From the NCBI GenBank assembly GCA_002633005.1, contig NMRA01000285.1:419505-483504 (forward strand): 64,000 bases of DNA. The letters are read 5' to 3'. Positions 33,701 through 43,404 of the stretch are shown piece after piece (within the stretch, counting starts at the first letter, position 1; each line of letters opens with the position of its first letter). The position numbers and the translations under genes were made by a program. The notes beneath the pieces are model-generated. The model had not been told where the DNA came from. It did no database searches and saw only the letters and a program-made list of their open reading frames with translations. Source of the stretch: Phoronis australis (taxonomy: Eukaryota > Animalia > Phoronida).

Positions 33701-36700
33701 AAGCAAAACATAACAGGTGACAGAGGAACAACACGTGGTGAAAAAAATGTAGAAAATAACAAGACTTTTCAGTGTTACCTGACGTTTTCTCAACCATGCC
33801 ACTACTGTAGAGGGACTGGAAATATGGGCACGCCATCAACACGCACCAGTGAGCTTTAACTTCCTGAAAATACAGCTCAGTCAGTAGTCAATGCAGTACA
33901 ACTACTCTGTCCACACTGCAGTGTCCTTCATAATGGACAAATCATACTCGATGGAAATCAATCTCAAGTAACTAACAAATTGAGAAATTACTCAGAAAAC
34001 CAGGGAGAGGTGTCAGACCATGCACTCATGAAAAGAAATCTTTAAGAAGTTGATCAGTGGGAATTTACCATCGACCAATTTGAGTTCTGGTAACTCATCA
34101 CCTATTTAGCAAATAGGATAATATAGTGAACAAGTACAATAGGGCATTCCCGCATTACATGGAACTCTCCTTTGTCCTGGAGATAAGAAAGCGGAAGACC
34201 CCGTTTCGGAAATCAGGGCCCATTTTCGTTGATGTCGGAAAGGCAAAGAATTTCAGATTACGCATTCACGGATATTTGCCCAGTTTATCAAACTTTTTCA
34301 CGTCGGATGGGCAGCCCACAGCACAGCAGTAATACGTTGTTGACATTGGAAGGAGTATAGTCATGCAGCCAAGAAAAACTTGTAAAGAATCAGACAATAA
34401 CAAATAACAAGTTAACTCCAGTGGCACAAAAACGAGGCAGCAAATGTGAATGGCGGATATTTACAGCATTATGGGTAAATACAGCATTCTGGGTAAATAC
34501 AGCAAGATTCGAGTGTCGCTGTGTAATCCGGTCCTTATATTCTGCGAAGTTTCTCTTTGACAACAAAAATACAATTACTTACTTTAATAGGGAAATTTTA
34601 ATTAATATTGGCATGTTGATTACCAGTAGTTCCATGCACATGCCATAAACAATATTTGGAAATAAAGCTTTTCCAACTTGTTGTACCGAGCCAAGCATGC
34701 CATGGCATCTATTCTGAACTAGTGAACGGGAGTAAAAACAGGTCCTACAGAAAAGACTGCCCGATAAATCAAACTTGAGACTGAGTTTAACAAAAACATG
34801 AATCATCTTGAATGCATCAAACAGAAGAGGAAGTTATCAACAGTGATATAGAATGTACAAGCAAAGATGCACTTTCGACAAAAAATCATCGTAGGTTCTT
34901 GTCTCTACCCCAACTCATTTTGAGACCTACACCAATTTCAGCCAAGGTCCCATGTAATTTTTTAAGGCAAAGGTAAGCAAGGTTTGAGATGCCATGATTT
35001 TTCACGCCATGAGAAGTAAAAAACAAATCCGGAGCCATTTTTGTTCACCTTGCCTAGATTCTCAGAAAAAAAATGTCCTACCAACGACTCGATTTTCAAA
35101 AGACTAGAACCAGCTACTGTATTTGTCCTAATAAGCACCCTGTAGCCGGTTGCATGAAACAAACCGAAATAGGGACTCAACTAAGGTCCCAAACTCTTTT
35201 TGCGTATTTGTGTCTTTATGGACTCACAGATCATATGCAATATTTTTCCAATCGTTTCATCTTTATTATGAGCTCCTCTTTGATTAATGACATTTTCTAA
35301 TGATATAACTAAAAACTGAGCCCAGAGTTCATAGAAAATAAATAGGGACTCAGTCCTTAAATTGGGGGTGTTGCATGAAAAGATCCCTAATTATTTTTGA
35401 TAACATTGACAATGCAACGTAGAGTTTACACTGAATTTGTATCAAAGACAAAAGTTGACTTAGTAATGAAACCAAAACGATACAAGAAAGGGCAATGGAT
35501 GTTTTCACAAGCCCACTAATATGAAGTAGATTTAGGGAACTTAGTTGAGTCCCTATTTGGGACTGTTTCATGTATCCGGGCACAGGGCGCTTAGAAAAAT
35601 TCGCTTCAGGAAGGGGGGGGGGCTTATTATAGCCCAAAAGTGGTTGAAACAGGGTCTCCACAACTCCACAACGTGTGAAATCGTAAGCTAAAATTCAATA
35701 AAATTTACGATCTGTGACGCATCTGTAACCTAAGACAGAGTTTCTACAAAATTGCAGTGCACTGCTATCAAACTTTGTTGTTAAATTACAAGCATTTTCC
35801 AGAAAATCCCAGTGCAAAAACTCGCCGACTGATGCACTGCTGCCTTACGAGTGCTGATAGGTCAACTTGAATTCTTGAGTAAAAATATAATTATAGTTTT
35901 AACTCAATAAATTACCTGAAGTCCTCCTTAAGTTTTCAAAATAGCATCCCTAAGATTTTTTTAAGTTCCTATGGAGTCGGGATTAACTGCATATTAAGTC
36001 CGAATCTGCACTAGATCGTACTCCGTCTTGTGATGTTTGTTTTGAAGTTCGTCCGCGTATTGTGTGAGAGAGCGAGCATGTGCGTGTCATCAGATTTCAT
36101 TTGCCAGAGTTAACACGATGCAACGATCTAGGTGTGCATTGTAACTAAGGAAATTAACAAAAGCAGTAAAGCAGAACGTCTTTAATTTAAAACCTGTTGA
36201 TCTCATCTGATAAAAAACGTTCGAGAATTGTCTCGGTAAGGTCGATGTCATTAAGTCGCCAGGTGACTGGATGCGTGACAGTATAAATAATAAATAGTTC
36301 TCGAAGATTAATCTTCGACGACAGATTCTTGAATGTAGCGCAAGCTTCCTAGCCATGTGATTTTAACAGGTCAAGTTTTTATTCGTCTTTGATTTGCGGT
36401 TTTCATGTGTACAAAGAGATTTGGATTCCTGTTGAGGGAAAGATCGGTACAGGAAAGATACAATACAACCCCATTGACAAGTACGCAGCGTCCGTTGTGA
36501 AAGGCCAGACCATAAAAGGACACGTGCCTGGCAAGATCAGCAAAACTTGCGTTCTTTTTGAAGCACAACGGAAGTTTAAAGTGTTTAGTCACGGCTAAAT
36601 ACCGACATAGCCGTGACGCTCGTGGTCTACAAATTCCGCGCACAATGTCGGATCTTATTGATAAAGTGGAGACGTTACTGTAGAATTTTAAAACTGTAGG

Positions 36701-37882
36701 TAAGGCATTTTTCGCATGTGCACGGCGTTCATGGACTGGGCGCTTATTTTAGAAAAGTCTGAANGAGCATGTGCGTGTCATCAGATTTCATTTGCCAGAG
36801 TTAACACGATGCAACGATCTAGGTGTGCATTGTAACTAAGGAAATTAACAAAAGCAGTAAAGCAGAACGTCTTTAATTTAAAACCTGTTGATCTCATCTG
36901 ATAAAAAACGTTCGAGAATTGTCTCGGTAAGGTCGATGTCATTAAGTCGCCAGGTGACTGGATGCGTGACAGTATAACAGTTACTTTTCGGGAGATTAGG
37001 AGGGTGTAAGGGTGCAGAAGTGTTCACTATTGGTGGGTCATTTTGACTTTAAAAACACCAATTATGACCACTTTAATAATTCCCCCTTAAAAATAACGCT
37101 AACATTTTTTACGGTATTAGAAACTTTCGGAAATAAGTGCCAGTATTTATTTCTTGCCGATGCTATGCAACCCGTTTCATGAATAAATAATTCTCGAAGA
37201 TTAATCTTCGACGACAGATTCTTGAATGTAGCGCAAGCTTCCTAGCCACGTGATTTTAACAGGTCAAGTTTTTATTCGTCTTTGATTTGCGGTTTTCATG
37301 TGTACAAAGAGATTTGGATTCCTGTTGAGGGAAAGATGGGTACAGGAAAGATACAATACAACCCCATTGACAAGTACGCAGCGTCCGTTGTGAAAGGCCA
37401 GAACATAATAGGACACGTGCCTCGCAAAATCAGCAAAACTTGCGTTCTTTTTGAAGCACAACGGAAGTTTGAAGTGTTTAGTCACGGCTAAATACCGACA
37501 TAGCCGTGACCCTCGTGGTCTACAAATGCCGCGCACAATGTCGGATCTTATTGATAAAGTGGAGACGTTACTGTAGAATTTTAAAACTGTAGGTAAGGCA
37601 TTTTTCGCATGTGCACGGCATTCATGGACTAGGCGCTTATTTTAGAAAAGTCTAAAAACGCGTGGGGGTGCTTATAGGGGCATGGGCGCTTACGGTATAC
37701 TTTTCTGGGCTCGGCTTGTTCTAACTGCTGCGTACAAAGTGTTGGCTCACCTGTCCTTCAACAGAGATGATCAGGTCACAGAGAGGTGACTCATCTTCTC
37801 TTTGCTTCCACAACAAATCCAGTATACCATGTCTCCATTGCGAGTCTGTTCCGCTCCAGTAGTACGATGGTAGCTGGGACAT
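24709..37882 (-). CDS. Divergent BTB-BACK-Kelch-like protein (KLHL/KBTBD-like) with Cys-rich, acidic and CaaX C-terminus, about 664 aa
   Basis: Exons on -: 37882-37751, 33863-33779, 33337-31827, 30409-30253 (second copy 28816-28660), 26190-26094, 24721-24709; total 1995 nt, in frame. BTB: LCDLIISVEGQEVKAHWCVLMACPYFQSLYSSGMVE...VLRYIYTG...LADYLQLENLKKTC. BACK: NCLHMCSLANLYNL...ILRWVKHEPESR. The last three exons are inferred from splice signals and phase only. Confidence 0.8.
26094..26190 (-). CDS. Kelch-like exon 5, acidic (GDESDDEYFEDFYHDSDYMDDYNSDNGSNND)
   Basis: Acceptor ttttttag, donor TG|GTATGT; phases 1 to 2. Confidence 0.75.
26184..26291 (-). repeat. 4 x 27-28 bp repeat containing the Kelch-like exon 5 acceptor
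   Basis: TCTCCAGCTAAA recurs with spacing 28, 27, 27. Confidence 0.9.
26837..27533 (+). mobile_element. Non-autonomous Helentron/HINE-like element
   Basis: Starts ACAAGAGCAACGCAGAGCATTG; about 150-bp internal repeats; GACG/GACT microsatellite remnant; 3' hairpin ATGCGTCCACATAT-AA-ATATGTGGGCGCAT followed by an A-run. Confidence 0.65.
27721..28623. mobile_element. Kolobok-like non-autonomous DNA transposon
   Basis: TTAA on both flanks, AGG...CCT termini, imperfect TIRs of about 300 bp, internal transposase-like remnant KFIVDLSKVLGLFRRCQVCG...QWECVTRH. Confidence 0.8.
28660..28816 (-). CDS. Second, probably allelic, copy of Kelch-like exon 4
   Basis: Same 157-nt exon with two synonymous differences, inside a duplicated block that ends at the single N at 29031. 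Confidence 0.5.
29315..30216. mobile_element. Kolobok-like element, second (probably allelic) copy
   Basis: Near-identical to 27721-28623; TTAA flanks. Confidence 0.75.
30253..30409 (-). CDS. Kelch-like exon 4 (SPMEFSDSSIPVVITLPSSLLTCPPQCPHCEACQPYIPVKDSDQLWEEEDDW)
   Basis: Acceptor tttctag, donor T|GTATGT; phases 0 to 1 fit both neighbours. Confidence 0.75.
31827..33337 (-). CDS. Kelch-like exon 3 (BTB C-terminal half, BACK, divergent beta-propeller)
   Basis: Lies within the 525-aa ORF 31806..33383; acceptor ttcgcag near 33338, donor CAG|GTACCA near 31826. Confidence 0.92.
33779..33863 (-). CDS. Kelch-like exon 2 (EVKAHWCVLMACPYFQSLYSSGMVEKTS)
   Basis: Variant of the BTB core AHxxVLxxxSxYF; acceptor ttttcag, donor AG|GTAAC. 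Confidence 0.9.
35143..35582. mobile_element. Harbinger-type MITE nested in another dispersed repeat
   Basis: TIRs of about 50 bp, GCCGGTTGCATGAAAC...ATAGGGACTCAACTAAG / CTTAGTTGAGTCCCTAT...GTTTCATGTATCCGGGC; flanks CTG/CAG. Confidence 0.65.
36074..37697 (+). mobile_element. DNA transposon remnant with a decayed HIRAN-like ORF, present twice around the single N at 36764
   Basis: ICGFHVYKEIWIP...NPIDKYAASVVKGQTIKGHVP..IS, then after a frameshift CLVTAKYRHS...GLQIP; right end ...GGGCGCTTACGG-TA. Confidence 0.6.
37751..37882 (-). CDS. Kelch-like coding exon 1 (MSQLPSYYW...LCDLIISVEGQ)
   Basis: Acceptor ttttgttgcag near 37904, donor CAG|GTGAGC; start of BTB. Confidence 0.88.
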
Positions 37883-38480
37883 GTCACAATATAAACTCAA
37901 AGTCTGCAACAAAAGACAAACATTTTGCTGTAACATATACAACATATTTTCATATAATTTTTCAAAATGGTAGTAAAACTGTGCCTATGGTAAAATTTTG
38001 ACTTTGGCTTCTTAATATTAAATAAAGTAGTCTCAAAATGTTTCTAAGATGAAGAATGATTTCCGGGCTACAGAGGAACTGAGAGTTTGTAAAATTTCAG
38101 GTCATGCTGGTACTCCTACAAGAGCCCAGACATTACTTCTAAACTAGGTAAGGATCAAGACCAATTTTATAATGGTTAGGGAGGAGTCATAATAAAAACT
38201 TCCGAATCGTCTTTTGACAGGTTTAATGCTGAACGCTGCTCTACATGACGGTGCTCAACTGCATCATGTTCGCTATTGTCAGAATAAATATTGATTAAGT
38301 AATTGGTAAGAATAGATTCATTTGAAGTTGCCCAAAACTTGTGCATATGCACTTTTAAATCATTGGGTTAGACTTGTTGACATGTACTTGAACGTCAAAA
38401 TCTATTTTTAAATGGTGTTTACAACTTTGGGTTCTGGGGCCAAAGTACTCTAGAGATTCTAGAATATTCTGAGAACAAAG

Positions 38481-39006
38481 TGTAACAGCCAATGATATGA
38501 TTGAATATGATCATGTGGTTTTTATTAACAAATCACTAAATAAATAAAATATTATAATATGGGCTTAAGTCAAAAAGAAAATCAGATGAGCTATAGTAGT
38601 TGAAGCATAAAGACTTGCTACAGTGTACAGAGGAAATTGTACGACAGAGCCATCTCGTGGAAGATTCTAGAAAGGATCTTGGCAAGAGTTAACGAACACG
38701 AAGCTATCTAAGAGATTGTCACTTGTATCGTGGGTAGTAAGATACTACCTGAAGTGTTGCGTCAACAGCCAGAGACTGACCAGCAAGAAGAAACGCGGGT
38801 AGAAGAAATTGCATGCAAATGTTGCATCACCAGAGACAGTGACCAGCAAGTACATTGTTGCTATACAGTGTGTGTAGTTCGAAGATTCACCAACAGGACA
38901 GTCATCCAACAAGTGGAGAGTCCTAGCTTGGATAGCAGATAAGACATTTGATTATTTTGGTTGATTGATTGAAGTAATCTTTAAAGAGGGCGCTAGCGTA
39001 GTTACT
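38481..39006 (+). mobile_element. Possible solo LTR
   Basis: Starts TGTAACA and ends GGCGCTAGCGTAGTTAC; internal TTCTAGAA; no clear TSD. Confidence 0.4.
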
Positions 39007-39759
39007 CTTCCTTGTAGGTGATTACTTAACTAACAACAGGTTTCATTTGTCTAATTAATTAATTACTGGATTTGATTATTCACTCTCCATCTAAGCACAA
39101 TCTCAAAGCATAGCTACCTTTTAAACAAACCCACAGTCAATATCTGACAGTTATCATCTTGGTCACGTACTGAAATTACTACACAAGGCAAAAATAATCA
39201 GACAACATTCCGTACAATGGGTACTGAGTACTCAAAGTTCATTCCTACAGACTCTAAACGTGAATTTCACTTAGTTCAAGGCTCCTCGTGGTAGCTGGGC
39301 CATCAGTCATTTGAGGGTAAAGGTGACTGTGCCTTCTGAGAGGAGAATGCCTTTTGGCCAAAGGGTTTGGATGCTAGACACTCACAGTGGGAACAACAGT
39401 TCAAGTCTCGGTGTCAACAGATGCTTCAAACACAGGGTCTCTTAAATGAACACATCGATTTTCAATTTTTACATGAAGTAAAATACAGAGAGCTATGTAC
39501 AATTAGATTGAAAAGATTAATAAATAAAATAAATTAGTAATAAAAATTAATTAATAGGTACAATTAGATGAATAAATAAGATAAAATAGAGTAAAATAAT
39601 GATGAGCTGAGGCCAACAGTCCTGAACCGCACACTAAGTCCCAGTATTTATGTTTGAAGACGTGGACATTGGGCGCATTCGTGACAGCAGTCACATGCTG
39701 CTTCGCAAGCGGCAATTGCCTCTTACTCTTAGACTAATTTTTTTAGCCTTAGACAGTGC

Positions 39760-40243
39760 TGTTGTAATAGCAGAGATTACCCGACCCGGGAATCAAACCA
39801 GCGACCCCCATAAAACCGGCAAGCGTGCCAACCATTCAGCTAATAGGAAATTGCCTATTGGCGAGTAGCTAACAGAAGCTCATATGATTCCCCGGAAGCA
39901 CAACTACAACATTCCCCCATTCCTAAGTAGCAGGCACCAGGATGTCTCGCATACAGGTCGATCATCAACGTCCCTTGGTACCTTTACCACCACAACACGT
40001 AGTCTCTCATACAGGCTCGTCCTCGACTCCTGGAACCTTTCATGCGCGCCGTCCCGAGGGTACTAATTGGCAGACTACGCCATTTGTTATATATTGTAAA
40101 AGCCGAGATTACCCGACCAGGGAATCGAACCAGCGACCCCCATAAAACCAGCAAGCGTGCTTACCATTCAGCTAATAGGAAATTGCCCGTTAGCGAGTAG
40201 CTAACAGAGGCTCATATGATTCACTGGAAGCACATCTAGAACA
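39760..40243 (-). mobile_element. TRIM (miniature LTR retrotransposon) with tRNA-like A/B boxes in both LTRs
   Basis: Two direct repeats of about 152 bp (39760-39911 and 40092-40243, about 90% identical) with TG...CA outer ends. PBS TGGCGTAGTCTGC at 40070-40082 on -; PPT AGGAATGGGGGAA at 39912-39924 on -; flanks GTGC/GTAC. Confidence 0.85.
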
Positions 40244-40608
40244 GTACCACCCTCTGAACTGGTGCACAGCTGCCACTGGATTTTTCAACAATGAAAAATA
40301 CCTTCATGACAATTGTTTCGACTCACCTGTTAGGCACTCAGTAACTCAGTTTTAGTGTACTCTGTGCTGCGATTAACACTGAACACTGTTGGGTAGAGGT
40401 GTAAAATATGGGTGCTGTAGTGCACGGTGCCAAAGGTTGTGGTGTGCGGTTGGTGAGTGATGTTGAACTGCATGTGAGTGACTCATTTATCATTCCTACA
40501 CCTACGGTCAGTGCACACAATCGATTTGGGGAAAACCCGGTTTTGTAATGCGTATATCCCAGAGTATTGCGTTTTGTATGTATCTAAGTAAACATAAACA
40601 TCACTTAC

Positions 40609-40929
40609 TCAAGACTAATTAAAATATCAGCATTTCGCACAAAAACGTTTGGAAAAGCGCACTCTCCACACGTTGCCCCAGCCAAGTGCAGTCTCGTCTC
40701 CAAGCCTCAAGAAGGCGCGCTGATCAGTTAATCCTCAAATGGTCTGTACTGTATATAAAATACATGCGAACAAACATCTTCGTTTGCTTTTCATAGTTAG
40801 TGAAAGTGCGGAAGTTGATTTGTTGGCAGAAAGAAAAGGCAGTGGAAGAAGAATCGCTGCACAGCTGAGACGGGACGTACTATGATTACACAGATGTAAA
40901 AAGTATTTTAACGGGATTTCAAAGTTTCA
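40609..40929. promoter_or_regulatory. Putative bidirectional promoter with non-coding first exons of Kelch-like (-) and SLC41 (+)
   Basis: Outward-facing donors GA|GTAAGT on - near 40608 and CA|GTGAGT on + near 40930; locally CpG-richer; ETS-like GCGGAAGT at 40808-40815. Confidence 0.5.
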
Positions 40930-41540
40930 GTGAGTCGTGGCTTGCTACAAGTCATGCAGACGTTGATACTGTAGCAGTGTAGACTGTAGTACAACAGATC
41001 CATATTTGTTCATTTTGCTAAAATAGTTCTAATAATTAGTAACTAATACTAATTCAAATTCGAATTAGTATTTATACTCGAAATTGTATTACAAATGGAT
41101 AAGTTTACTCAAAGTCAAAGCATTGTCTTTATTTGATCAATTTTCAAGTCAAGTTTCCCCAGATCCTGGTTTTATCAAAACTACTCAAAATATCGTGATT
41201 GGTTAAGCCAGGCAAGGTTAGTGTGGCTGGCAGGCAATAATTACATCGCCCTGAATCACCTAAATGCCGCAGCAGCCAACCAACCAAACGAGGGGCTACA
41301 TGTTGCCGGCACTGGTCAGATATAGCAGTCCCTGAATTTGATTTAGAGAACCAGTTCATCGACGAAATAACGGACCCGTTATTCAGTGATTGCCTGGTTC
41401 CCTAAATCGGGGACCGCTATGCCCGACCAGTGCCCATGTTGCTTAGCTGGTTAGGGCCAGCACTGGCAGTAGGCGCTATAGTACCCCATCGTGGTCACTG
41501 TCTACTATACAAGCAGTGACCACCGTCTCTACTTATATCA

Positions 41541-42034
41541 AGCTCCTATGAGGTTCAGGTAAGCTTCATACGCCGAAAGCTTTTAGACGAATTATGCCTC
41601 ACACTGATTAAAGTATCAAAATCACATTGTAAGTACCTTTTGTGCATAGAGAGTCACCAGGAGGCCGTTGGTGTCATTAATTCCTTTGAAACTTGACCAA
41701 TTATTCTTGTATCAAAACTTTTTTCGAGCAGTCCTCCATTCAGTTGCCCAAATTGAAAACCGTCCATTTTTAACACTGCGTGGTAAAAATGGGAGCATAT
41801 GCAATATAAAACTGACCAGTTGCCAACTGGGCAACTGAACGAAGGACTGCTTGATGAAAAAAGTTTGATTACTGGAGTATTTTTCGAGTTGGAAGGAATT
41901 AAAGACATCTACGGCCTACTAAGGTGACCCTTTATGTGCAAAAGGTACTTATATCAACTTGACTTTGATGTTTTAGTCAATGTGAGGCATAATTTGCTGA
42001 AAAGCTTTTGGTGTATGAAGCTCATATAGGAGCT
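41541..42034. mobile_element. MITE with TIRs of about 110 bp in the SLC41 first intron
   Basis: AGCTCCTATGAG...TTATGCCTCACA...GTACCTTTTGTGCAT at 41541-41658 is mirrored at 41923-42034. Confidence 0.75.
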
Positions 42035-42951
42035 GGATCCAACTAGAGAAGGTTGTCACTGTCCAGGCAATTACAAGCATGAGACTAAGCGAAGATCGTG
42101 ACCTTGTGCTTAACACATATAACATGTAGCTTGGGAAGATATTTTGGAGTTTGTAAGATGTTTCTGGGACTTTTTTCGTCAACAGACGTAATTTTGTTTA
42201 ACTTCCTCAAAATTCACCAGGTGAGGGAATGTCGGGTGAACCGTGACAAATTTTCACGGATATGTTCAAATTATGTTGACTAAATTTTCTCCAGATTATA
42301 TGTTAATAATAACCAATTATGTATGCATGTTTCATTCAATGCTATTTTCTGTATTTTGAGATGAGTAACCTTTTATGGTGGTGTACTATTGCCTGTGTAC
42401 ACCAAATTATACAATATTGCACTTGGACCTTAGGCCTATTACTAGCAAAATGGCTTCCAGTCTGAAGTGTTTTGTCAGTGAAAGTGGAATGATGAATTAG
42501 ATAGAATTCTTTATTTTCATTCTGTTAGCAAAGGTCTTTTATTGTAATTGCCTCGTGAATGTCTTGCACTTACGAAACTCATCCTTAGTTGTGTCTGAAT
42601 GCGAGTGTGACAGTTCAATCAAGGTGCAGGACCACCAAAAATAACTATCAGTGTTATGGCAGAGAGACACGGTGTGAGTCACGTGTCCATGTCATCAACA
42701 AGCGTACTACATGTAGCACATCCTCTTCCCTTCACCTGGTCTTTTCCGTTGACCTGGTAGTTGTGATGGTTTTGAAATTGATAACCATACATGTCCCCCT
42801 ATTTGTGATGCCTGCTGTCATATGCGTGACCTTTGCATTATTCTCCAAGTATTTCTGCTTTCCCCAAGAATTCAGGTCTTTTAAATTTTGTATTTAATTT
42901 TTCAGAAGCTGTGCTGAAGATTAGAAGTTTAATGTCGACGAGGGCACAACT

Positions 42952-43404
42952 ATGTCAAATGACTTCACTCGGATAAGACAACGTAAAATGGTACCCAAAG
43001 TGTCACAAACTCCATCTGGTGACAGTGCAGAAGATGGTGTACTCAGTGACTCGGAAAGTCAACATCAAAAATATGGCACCGTTACTGACATGCATGCATC
43101 CGATTTACATGTGAGGCACCTTTCACCCCGCGACCGACTACGCTCACCTACTGAGCTTCATGGTGCACTAGATACTCACAGCACAGATGTGTATGAAATG
43201 GAGACTGATGTGGACACTGGCCTATCACAGCCACTACTTTCTGGTCACGATCGGCTGTCAGATGGCCACATGTCTGACGTAGAAGAACCACGTCCTGTAG
43301 AGGTGACTGAGTCTTCATTCAGCATCGCTCTACAAGTGTTCATCCCCTATATGATAGCAGGGTTTGGCATGGTTGGTGCTGGCATGGTGCTAGATGTTGT
43401 GCAG
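42952..43404 (+). CDS. SLC41A1: SLC41 coding exon 1 (N-terminal tail and TM1)
   Basis: Acceptor near 42905, ATG at 42952, donor CAG|GTAAAC; [14 protein letters not shown] motif. Confidence 0.9.

Noticed and set aside
39781-40175. Two real tRNA genes
   Set aside because: The acceptor, anticodon and T stems pair poorly; the sequences are better explained as parts of the TRIM LTRs
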